Shown here: one piece after another, positions 9,701 through 17,526 of the stretch
Numbering within the stretch: the first letter of the stretch is position 1
How the letters are laid out: the number at the start of each line of letters is the position of its first letter
Source of the DNA: an uncultured Armatimonadetes bacterium
Lineage (GTDB): Bacteria > Armatimonadota > Hebobacteria > Hebobacterales > Hebobacteraceae
NCBI GenBank assembly: GCA_963716175.1
Contig: OY970296.1
Coordinates: 32,001-96,000 of the forward strand
Direction: 5' to 3'
Length of the DNA stretch: 64,000 nucleotides
Program-made: the position numbers and the translations under genes
The notes under the pieces: generated by a model
Databases searched by the model: none
Told to the model about the DNA's origin: nothing
Seen by the model: only the letters and a program-made list of their open reading frames with translations

Positions 9701-12303
9701 GTGACTGTGAGCGTGATGCTCTCCTCGCTGTCCGCGGTGTTGGCTGGAGCAGTATAGGTCGGATTCTGGAGGCTCGGGGAAAGCGAGAAGCTTCCTCCCG
9801 CGCCTCCATCAGACCAGGACCAGGACGCGATAGTATGCCCGGAGCGGGTGTCCGCAGCTGTGGCGGAGAGGGTGGCGGTCCCGCCAGAGGCAACAGCAGC
9901 AGGGACAGCAGACGCGCTGACCACCAGAGAGTGCGCCGCCGGCTGCACGACCAAGAGGGTGGAGTTGCTGGCGCTGAGCGGCTCAGGTCCGTCGCAGGTG
10001 GCGGTGACTGTGAGCGTGATGCTCTCCTCGCTGTCTGTGGTGTTGGCTGGAGCGCTATAGGTCGGATTCTGGAGGCTCGGGGAGGGCGAGAAGCTTCCTC
10101 CCGCGCCTCCATCAGACCAGGACCAGGACGCGATCTCGTGCGGTCCGCTATCACTCGCGCTTGCGCTCAGCACGGCGCTCCCAGCGGACGCCACACTCCC
10201 CGGCGAGACCGAGGCCGTGACGGATAAGGTGTGTGGGACCACCGTGACTGTGACGGTGTCGCTGGCGGCCTGAGTCCCACTATCCGTAACGGTCAACGTA
10301 TACGTGGTGGTGGCACTCGGAGACGCTACCGGTTGCACGACATGAGGGGCATCAATCCCGGTACTCGGTGACCACGAATAGGAGTAGGGAGGCTGTCCAC
10401 CGGAGGCAGATCCGCCCAACACAGTGGAGTCGCCCGGTGTTATGATCCTGCCGGGCCCCGCTTCGGCAAACAGCCGTGGGATGACGAGTACCCCTACAGT
10501 ATCGCGGTCCGTTCCCCCGGAGCTGTCGGTCACGGTGAGCGTGTAGAGGGTCGTGCTGTCCGGCGATGCCGCAGGATGGGCGACGGCCGGATTGCTCAGG
10601 CCCGCCGTTGGTGACCACGAGTAGTGGTAGGGAGTTACCCCGTTGGATGCGGACCCCTCGAGTGTAGTGGACTCCCCGGCGATGATGGTCTCGTCGGGGC
10701 CCGCTTCAGCCATCACGGTTGATGCCGCCGTGTACGTGTAGCCGAGCGCCTTGACGCCCGACACTACCTGCTTCAGGTAATCGATGTCGTAGTCGGGGTG
10801 GAAGTACGCGCTCGCCCAGCCGTCCCGTACCACCAGGCTCTTCTGGGCGGCCCTGACGATGTCTTCCGGAAACCGCGCGGGACAGTCGTAGAAAGGAACC
10901 GGCTCGACATTGCCCAAGTTCTCGGGCAGGATCCTCTGGTTATACACGTCGCGCTCAATCACATAGGGGTAGAACTGCCCGGCGTAATCCGCGCCATCCG
11001 AAGTGAAGTAGAGCACGCGACCCGCGATGAGGTTGAACCGATGACCAAGCTCAACCGAGTCCAGGCTCGAGGCCAGGTAGTGCGGCGTTTCCCAGGCGAT
11101 GGGAGCGAACCCGCACGCCGCTAGCTCTGCGAGTGCCTGGTCGATACGTCCATTCACCCAAGCGACCGAGTCTTCGGGCAGCGGGCCAATAAGCTCGGTG
11201 TCGCCTGCCGCCTCGTTCCATACTGACCGGAGGAATTCGCAGTCATCCCCTGTCATGCCATCGTAGGGGTTGGGAGTACTGTCGTACTGATGGGTGTAGC
11301 CATGGTCAATGATCTGGCCTCCTCGGGAGACCATATACTTGAGCGCATTCACAACTGTGTGTGACTGAGAGAGGCGCACCGTCTGGGGAGTGCCGTTCAC
11401 AACCCCCAGAGGGTCATTGAAGACCGGGATGGTGGCGACTTCAAACGGTGCTCGCTGCGAAGCAAGATAATCGGCCACTGACTTCAGATCGGAACTGTGG
11501 GCGATGGGATCCACATCTTCGATTCGAATCAGAGCGCGGTGGCTCGGCGCGTGGTCTATGCCCACGATGTCGTGGATGAGATCGCAAAACACGAGGTAGC
11601 GGTCCTCTTCGGATACATAGCTGAACGGCGAATCGGCGAAGTACCAAAGGTTCCCCGAGTGGACCACATATGGCCACGAGGCCCCCGGCTGAGCATCTGT
11701 AGCCGGACGGTAGGCGATGGCCTTCACCTCGGCAAGGTTGGGATCCAGGATCATAGTCGCGCCCACATCCGGGTCCGCGAGGTCCTTCACAAGGGACTCT
11801 TCCTTGTACTGGACCTCGGGGAAGCCACTGCTGTCCACCCCGGCGAACTGGAATCCATAGCGCCCACTGAAAGCAGGATCCCAGTACCCGGCGTCATTCC
11901 AGGCGATCTGCCAGAGGTTGTAACTGAACCAGCAGACCGTCCGCTCTGTCGCCATCACGTCGGACAAGAACGCGCTGGGCAACGGATTATCGAACGCAAC
12001 TCCCAGGTAGAACGTGACCGCGTAGTTCTCCACCTCGCCAGCGGTGTAGCTCTCCACCGGTTCCAGCGTCCACGCCATGGGGAAATGCCCTAGCAGATTT
12101 GCGACCTGCAAGGCATGAAGCTCGCCTAGCCAGGCGCAGGGGGGTGCCGAGTCGTACAGAATGAGGGCCGAAACCGGGTGCTGTGGCGGAGGTCCTGCCG
12201 CTCTGGCCGCCGAGTGACCTAGGGCCAAACAGCTGAGCAGGATGAGGCCCAGCCATCGCGCTCGTCCCGTTGTCGTTCCCAAAGCACTCAGGTTAGAGCG
12301 CAT
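6766..12303 (-). CDS. Large secreted surface protein: DUF2334/polysaccharide-deacetylase-like domain, PKD/Ig-like repeats, three SLH domains
   Basis: Signal peptide; IRIEDV, HGYTHQ, WETPHY, YFHP motifs; seven 101-aa repeats; three FxD...W...GY/FxDGTYRP...R SLH motifs. Confidence 0.85.
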   Translation of the reverse strand: MRSNLSALGTTTGRARWLGLILLSCLALGHSAARAAGPPPQHPVSALILYDSAPPCAWLGELHALQVANLLGHFPMAWTLEPVESYTAGEVENYAVTFYLGVAFDNPLPSAFLSDVMATERTVCWFSYNLWQIAWNDAGYWDPAFSGRYGFQFAGVDSSGFPEVQYKEESLVKDLADPDVGATMILDPNLAEVKAIAYRPATDAQPGASWPYVVHSGNLWYFADSPFSYVSEEDRYLVFCDLIHDIVGIDHAPSHRALIRIEDVDPIAHSSDLKSVADYLASQRAPFEVATIPVFNDPLGVVNGTPQTVRLSQSHTVVNALKYMVSRGGQIIDHGYTHQYDSTPNPYDGMTGDDCEFLRSVWNEAAGDTELIGPLPEDSVAWVNGRIDQALAELAACGFAPIAWETPHYLASSLDSVELGHRFNLIAGRVLYFTSDGADYAGQFYPYVIERDVYNQRILPENLGNVEPVPFYDCPARFPEDIVRAAQKSLVVRDGWASAYFHPDYDIDYLKQVVSGVKALGYTYTAASTVMAEAGPDETIIAGESTTLEGSASNGVTPYHYSWSPTAGLSNPAVAHPAASPDSTTLYTLTVTDSSGGTDRDTVGVLVIPRLFAEAGPGRIITPGDSTVLGGSASGGQPPYSYSWSPSTGIDAPHVVQPVASPSATTTYTLTVTDSGTQAASDTVTVTVVPHTLSVTASVSPGSVASAGSAVLSASASDSGPHEIASWSWSDGGAGGSFSPSPSLQNPTYSAPANTTDSEESITLTVTATCDGPEPLSASNSTLLVVQPAAHSLVVSASAVPAAVASGGTATLSATAADTRSGHTIASWSWSDGGAGGSFSLSPSLQNPTYTAPANTADSEESITLTVTATCDGPEPLSASNSTLLVVQPVAHSLVVSASAVPAAVASGGTATLSATAADTRSGHTIASWSWSDGGAGGSFSPSPSLQNPTYSAPANTTDSEESITLTVTATCDGPEPLSASNSTLLVVQPAAHSLVVSASAVPAAVASGGTATLSATAADTRSGHTIASWSWSDGGAGGSFSPSAAVSDPQYRAPENLTGSDITICLTVTGTCDGPEPLSASNSTLLVVQPVAHSLVVSASAVPAAVASGGTATLSATAADTRSGHTIASWSWSDGGAGGSFSLSPSLQNPTYTAPANTADSEESITLTVTATCDGPEPLSASNSTLLVVQPVAHSLVVSASAVPAAVASGGTATLSATAADTRSGHTIASWSWSDGGAGGSFSLSPSLQNPTYTAPANTADSEESITLTVTATCDGPEPLSASNSTLLVVQPVAHSLVVSASAVPAAVASGGTATLSATAADTRSGHTIASWSWSDGGAGGSFSLSPSLQNPTYTAPANTTDSEESITLTVTATCDGPNPASDSGAVTLAVQSVPPGSSEVTARSLPLSLSWGEAANTSITYQNLDAFTWRPGEGYHLEARGSMDRWGVASVPLEAEVLPGATCTFDFSTVAPPLTTLSYDLPVTTTSPGVPDGLGCGWQLSRGEVPWKGGLVSEDVVISRFSDIQPGLGHDASWARFHIEELAGRVPGVVRGYDDGTYRPAILVARDAMAVYILRALKLPTAPYQGRFRDVTQADSWAWAEIEGLARAGVVQGFNDGTYRPAMIVNRDAMAAYISRALVGGTKVPDGPPEPSFKDVLTDHWAYNEIECCVAHGIVQGFDTRTYRPGDPVSRGQMAVYMWRAFVMPTGNPVVLGGPAVTAVNPGTATYNGWSSRSGGPASEPGYAYVVFDAARLGPNLAAGDGSFDVRFDLRGPVARAGVASLTEHDLNAARDTAWSSGVPYYAVWWDIPGELPAGLYTLVVSVEHEPGVFQELDLQPEFTITP
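8117..10237 (-). repeat. Seven tandem 303-bp coding repeats (101 aa)
   Basis: Near-identical units with 303-bp period (matching positions 8333, 8636, 8939, 9545, 9848). Confidence 0.95.
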
Positions 12304-12704
12304 TTCATAACCTACCGGCTGGCTGGCCGCACCACGCCCTCGCATGAAATGCGCCTGCCACTGCCTGACGTCGTGCAGTGCTGTTTCATAGCCTCCCATG
12401 GGAAGGTTATGAAACAGCTTCTAGTCAACTTCCGCCCAGCGACCCTCTCGGACCTGCCCTAAGCCCCGAAGCGGCTCGCCTTCTTGGTTCAGCGGGAATC
12501 AGCTCTGTTCTTTATCGCCCAAGCCATCCCGCTCCTGCCGCCTGCCCAGGAAACCCCACAGGCCCCCGGTGCATGGCGACCTGGCACCACGTGCGGGCCA
12601 CCCCGGGAGCAACGGCAACGAACCGCGCAGAAAGCCGGGCATCTGCATTATACCAAGAGCGGGCCTCGAACATGCGCGCTCCGACGAACCCTGGGCGCAT
12701 TAGC

Positions 12705-12938
12705 TTCCGCCATCCCACTCCTAAGCCGGTGCCGCTGCTGGAGGAGCTCATCCGCGCATCAGCACCCAGTCAGGGCCTGATCCTCGACCCCTTCGCCGGA
12801 TCGGGGCCGACCTTGATCGCGGCGGAACGAACAGGACGTGCCTGCTATGCGGCCGAACCTGAGCCCAGGTACTGCGGTATTGTCCTCGCCAGATGGGAGG
12901 CGCTCAGCGGATGCAAGGCAACTTGTAGCACTGGATGA
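12705..12938 (+). pseudogene. C-terminal fragment of an N4/N6 DNA methyltransferase
   Basis: HPTPKPVPL...ILDPFAGSGPTLIAAERTGR motif; no recognisable N-terminal part. Confidence 0.8.
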
Positions 12939-13018
12939 ATGGGGCGGGGAGATTACGCCAGCGCTGACAGCCCCAACGAAACGGACGTTTGCGCCACGAG
13001 AAGATGCTATGGCATTTG

Positions 13019-14218
13019 TCAAGCGGCCTGAGGCGCCAAACTGCGTATCATGAGACGGTTGGTTTCGTAGTCCGGATCAAAGGGCCGGCCCGTCTTGAGG
13101 ACGGCGAAGATGATACGAAGCAGCTTGCTCATGCAGGCGATGATTGCTGCCTTGGGACGCTTGCCCTCGGCCAGTTTCCGGAGGTAGTACTGCCGCAGGA
13201 CGGGGTTGTGATTGCGTACCGAGAGGGCGGCCAGGTAGAGGGCATGGCGCAGGGCGGCGGGACCGCACTTGGATAGCTTGACCTTCCCGGCGAAGCGCCC
13301 TGACTGCCGGAACCGGGGATTGAGGCCAGCGAAAGCGATCGCTTGGGTGTCCGTGTCCAGCTGCTCGACGGGGAGCTCCGCCAGGATCACCGGGACGGTG
13401 GCGGCGCCCAGGCCCTCGATGGTGAAGAGCAGATTCCCCTGCACCTGCTCCGCGATGGTCGTCTCCAGCGCCGCGAGACTGCGCTGCAGTTGGCGGATCG
13501 CCGCCACCAGCTGCCGCACCACCACGGCGTCGGTTGTGGTACCTTGCTCTCCTGGGATGGATCTGGCTGACGCCACCAGACGGTCGGCCCGCAGCCTGCC
13601 CACCCGACGCGTGTTGGCTTTCAGTTGTGCCACTCTGTCCGGCCGGGCCTGTGCCAGCATTCCTCCGAGGGGGTATCGATCGAGCACCGCCAACGCGCCG
13701 TAGCAATCAAGGCGGTAGAACCCGCGCTCCACACTGGGGTTGACGCGCTCCAGCAAGCTGCGGAGCAGGTTCACCTGAGCCACCAGACTCGTCAGCAACG
13801 TGTGGCGGCTGCGAGTGAGCCGGGCCAAAGCTGCTTGCTCTGCAGCCACCGTTGCGCGAGGTCGGAGGGCTCGGCAGTAGCGAGCCAGGATGACGGCATC
13901 GACCCGATCGGTCTTCGTGCGCGCCATCAACACCTTGGCAAAGTGATGGCTGGAGCGAGCATTGACCACGCTAACCGTAAAGCCGGGCTGGGCGCGCAGG
14001 AACGCTGCCAGCCGGTGACCGTAGTTGCCGGTGGCCTCCAGGCAGACATGCAGGCTGCTGACCTCAGGCAGCCGCGCCAGCGCATCCAGCAGCCGCGCGT
14101 ACCCAGCGGCATCATCGGTGAATTCGAAATCCTTCGTCCGCAGCTCGCCGTCTCCGTCCACCACCGCCGCGATAGGGCGGCCTTTGCTCACGTCGATTCC
14201 CACGAAGTACTGGCGCAT
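13019..14218 (-). CDS. IS110 family transposase/recombinase
   Basis: VGIDVSK, CLEATG, KTDRVDA (DEDD), AFAGLNP..RQSG, SKCG; ATG at 14218 after AAGGAGA. Confidence 0.95.
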   Translation of the reverse strand: MRQYFVGIDVSKGRPIAAVVDGDGELRTKDFEFTDDAAGYARLLDALARLPEVSSLHVCLEATGNYGHRLAAFLRAQPGFTVSVVNARSSHHFAKVLMARTKTDRVDAVILARYCRALRPRATVAAEQAALARLTRSRHTLLTSLVAQVNLLRSLLERVNPSVERGFYRLDCYGALAVLDRYPLGGMLAQARPDRVAQLKANTRRVGRLRADRLVASARSIPGEQGTTTDAVVVRQLVAAIRQLQRSLAALETTIAEQVQGNLLFTIEGLGAATVPVILAELPVEQLDTDTQAIAFAGLNPRFRQSGRFAGKVKLSKCGPAALRHALYLAALSVRNHNPVLRQYYLRKLAEGKRPKAAIIACMSKLLRIIFAVLKTGRPFDPDYETNRLMIRSLAPQAA

Positions 14219-14269
14219 TCTCCTTGCCTCCGCTATCATGGACGTGCGGTGGCCGGGGCCTCCTGGCTG

Positions 14270-14462
14270 CTCAGTCCTAACCCTCACTCGGCTCAATGTG
14301 TGGTCGTCTGCCACAAGATGCTCGATCTGGGCTTGAGGCTGGGCCGGGAGCGACGTTCTTCTCGGTTGGGTCAAGGCCCGAGTCGGATTAGTGTCGTCTC
14401 CCGGCTCACCGCCTCTCCCCAGTTGCCTAACGGCCACTGCCCGATCCTGCATGAGGCCACCA
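14270..14462 (-). ncRNA. Putative IS110 bridge RNA
   Basis: Stem-loops containing ATCCGACT and CGAGAAG (match the target flanks) and AGCATCT and CGAG (match the donor junction); RNA ends approximate. Confidence 0.85.
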
Positions 14463-14478
14463 CCATCCATGATACGAG

Positions 14479-14539
14479 TCGGATACTGTCGCCACAGGGC
14501 TTCTGGCCCATCCTGACGCCGCAGATGAGTTTCGGAACA
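14479..14539. mobile_element. IS481-like terminal sequence interrupted by the IS110
   Basis: Reverse complement reads TGTTCCGAAACTCATCTGC from 14539. Confidence 0.7.
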
Positions 14540-14643
14540 CTACGGTGTACCGACCCGACTTGACGCGCGCAGGGAGCTCTGTTCTCGGGCTCTCTCTTCA
14601 CCACTCTCCTCTCGCCTCGCTCGCCGCGGACGCCGTTCCTGCC

Positions 14644-16611
14644 CTAGCTCCAGGGCGCGAGCTGCGTGTTCATCCCGAACAGCGGGTCGATCAGGCTGCG
14701 CAGGCCGAAGATGAGGAAGTGGCCTAGCACCATGCCGAGGAAGAGCGGGCGGCAGGTCTTGTACAGCCGCAGGCCGCCGATGCGGCGTAGCGTGACCACG
14801 ACGATCCAGGCGATGAGCGCGTTCGTCCAGATGCGCGCGTTCATGCCCCAGGTGTCGGCCATCACGAAGCCGATCGGGCTGATCCCCCACCACAGGAAGC
14901 TGGTGTGCAGCCAGTGCAGCAGCAGCATGATCGCACCGCCGCTGATGAGGCCGAAGGGGAGGTAGCAATCCGACGCGCGTGGGTTGCGCAGGTCATCCAT
15001 CAACTGCCCGAACTGGCTCAGACCCATGTCCCGGAACCCCCAGGTGTCGAACTTGAAGGCCCCGTGTGTATACGCGCAGTAGAGGACGACCCACGGCGAG
15101 ATGGCGAGCATCAGCACCACGGACACCAGCAGCCCAATAGTCACCAGTCGCCCCGGCAGCCGCGCCGAGTGCGCCACCTTCAGGTCGTTCATCGCGTAGT
15201 GCATGAAGTTGACCTTGTACTCCAGCATGAAGGTGGCCTGAAGGTAGGTCATCATGGTGAGCGTGGGGCCGGAGTAGGCCCCGGCGCCAGTGAGGTTGAC
15301 CAGCATATCCTTGGCCGGCAGTCCCGGGTCCGGGACATACACGCCGCTGGCCGAGACGAGGCGGGCCATGGACAGCGAGAAGGCGTAGTAGACGGTGATC
15401 AGCGCTGCGAAGGCCCATAGGCTCATGCCGGTGCGCGAGGCCCACAGCGCGATCAGGAAGCTGCTCGTCCCGAGCCCCAGCAGCGCCGCGCGGGGAGAGC
15501 GGCGCGAGCGGATCCTGCGGGACGGGCCGGCCGACCAGATGCCCGAACGCGTTGGCGATCGACTTGCGCGACTGCCAGAGGAGCAGCCCGGCCAGCATCA
15601 GCGAGCCGCCGACCTGTTGGTAGGTCAGAAAGGCCCAGGGGCTAAAGACCCGGGCGCTCAGCCCTTCCTGACCGAACCCAAGGACGGAGAGGGTGACGAG
15701 CGCGACGCGGTTGACGATGAAGAAGAACCACAAGCTGAGCGCCACCTCTGCCGGCAGGAGGGCGATGATACCGATGGTTTCGAAGCCGATGTAGACCGTC
15801 GTGCCGGAGATGGCGTCCCAGTGACCGTTTCCCCTGAGCCAGGGGCTCAGCTCGAAATAGAGCGGAGTGTAGGGCACAGCCGGCGCGAAGGTGTGCGCCA
15901 TCTGCACCAGCGACTGCACGACAGGCAGTGCGATCCCGGCCCACAGGTACCGGTTGCGGAAGAGCGGCGCGCGCAGGGAGGGCACGCCGTCGCCGACGAT
16001 CTCCGTGGGGATGGCGGCGAAGGGGAAGCTCAGACGCTGCCCCTCGATCCAGTCCTTCCGCAGCAGACAGCCCAACGAGAACAAACCGGTGTAGAGGGCC
16101 AGCGCGAAGCCCGCCCAGGCGGCCATGGGAGTGAGCCACGGGCTCCAGGGGATGGCCGCGCCGGCCGGTGCGCCTTCGAAGTACCAGTGCACGGCCTCGG
16201 GCAGCTGCACCTGGAGCCAGGTCGGTACCATCGGGAGAAACACCTCCGCCCACTGATTCCCCGGCGACGCGAAGTAGCGGGGATGCACGGAGTTGCCAGT
16301 GGAGTACATGTTCAGGCCCTCGCTCGCAAGGGCGCCTGAGATCGCCATCATGGCGTACATCAGCAGCAGTTCCGGGGCGGTGAAGGCCCACTGCGGCCGC
16401 CGGCGCGCCAACAGTGTGTTCACTGGGAAGACCAGCAGGAACAGCACGAAGATCGGCCCCAGCGCCAGCGGCCGGAAGGCCCAGTCGTACTTGTTCAGCG
16501 AGAGGTTGATCCAGGGTATCAGAAAGGCAAGCGCGACTACCAGTAGCGCGCCGACGAACAGCGCACGCAGCCGTGGCAGCCGGACCGTCGGCTCGGCGGG
16601 TGCCGTCTCAC
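14644..16611 (-). pseudogene. DUF6785/DUF6784-like polytopic membrane protein, copy 1 (frameshifted)
   Basis: Two ORFs (14993-16447, 14644-15426) align with paralogs (ELLLMY, WIEGQRLSFP, WWGISPIGF, GGLRLY..RPLFLG); frameshift near 15490; probable GTG start at 16611 is out of frame. Confidence 0.8.
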
Positions 16612-16749
16612 TTGTCCTGGATGATGTCTCGATAGAGAACAGGGCGACGCTCTTTGGGCCAAAGATAGCGGAACTCAGCCGCGCCGTTCACGGACAGCCA
16701 GGCCTCATAGTGCTCCTGGTCCAGATCGATATCGGCCAACACCCCGTCC
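16608..16749 (-). pseudogene. C-terminal remnant of a carbon-nitrogen hydrolase (nitrilase superfamily)
   Basis: Translates VLADIDLDQ...KERRPVLYRDIIQDK*; cut at the IS end at 16750. Confidence 0.6.
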
Positions 16750-16993
16750 TGTTCAGAAACTCATCTGGCTCCCAGAGCCCCGTAGGGTCCCAAAACTTAT
16801 CTGAACTCCGGTACCAGCACTGCTGGAGACCGGCAGTTGACTTCCAATCCGAGCAGCAGGCATCCTGTCAGCATGTTCTACTACCTGGTCTTGCTGTCCC
16901 TCTCTCCACTGTACGCCCTCATCGGCCGTCTCCTCCTGGACGACCGCGGCCGAGAGGTCGTCACTCTCCGCCAACAGGTTTCCATCCTCCACG
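16750..16993 (+). mobile_element. IS left end plus N-terminus of an integrase-core transposase (remnant)
   Basis: TGTTCAGAAACTCATCTGGC, then MFYYLVLL...REVVTLRQQVSILH. Confidence 0.7.
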
Positions 16994-17032
16994 GTGATAT
17001 GCTTTCCCAGCCCAAGGTGGGAGGGGCGAGGA

Positions 17033-17195
17033 ATGCCTTCACGGCCTGAACCCTTGCTAGGGGAGTTGCTGCTCCGGCACAGGCTGGTCAGCCCACCTCA
17101 GTTAGAGGAGGCGCTGCAGAAGCAGCGCGGCACCCCCAAACACCTCGGCGAGATCCTGGTGGAGATGGGCGCGATCAGCGAAGCCGACCTGGCGA
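17033..17195 (+). pseudogene. MshEN/GspE-N-like fragment
   Basis: LLGELLLRHRLVSPPQLEEALQKQ...HLGEILVEMGAISEADL; no ATPase domain follows. Confidence 0.7.
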
Positions 17196-17280
17196 GTCAG
17201 CCCACGTTGAGTCGGTGGGAGAGGGAGCTCGCGTGGAACTTCATCGTTGGTGATTGGAATGGGCAGCCTCCAGCGTCAGC

Positions 17281-17415
17281 TTCTTCGCCGATTACATCGA
17301 CTCGCTCAAGACCGGCCGCGAGCCACACATCCCGTTCGCCGACTGCGTGCGCGTCACCGAGATCGCCCTCCGCGCCCGTCAATCCGCCAGAACAGGGAAA
17401 CCGTACACGCTGTGA
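17281..17415 (+). pseudogene. C-terminal fragment of a Gfo/Idh/MocA oxidoreductase
   Basis: FFADYIDSLKTGREP...DCVRVTEIALRARQSARTGKPYTL*. Confidence 0.65.
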
Positions 17416-17526
17416 GAAACGAGGATAGTCGTCAGGAGCTTCGATCACCTCTGGCGACTCGCTCCTGACCGGCGGGATCCGCGCCGACCTGCGTCATTTG
17501 CGGACAACGTCAAAGGAGACAACCCG

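Larger units (their letters stand above)
13002..14478 (-). mobile_element. IS110-family element (bridge recombinase), complete
   Basis: CT core at both junctions (AG at 13002-13003 and 14477-14478 on +); DEDD recombinase; structured 5' non-coding end. Confidence 0.93.

Noticed and set aside
7990-10227. Long ORFs on other frames over the 303-bp repeats
   Set aside because: Shadow frames of the GC-rich coding repeat
14219-14470. 84-aa N-terminal extension of the IS110 ORF
   Set aside because: Better explained as the bridge-RNA leader; a good RBS precedes ATG 14218
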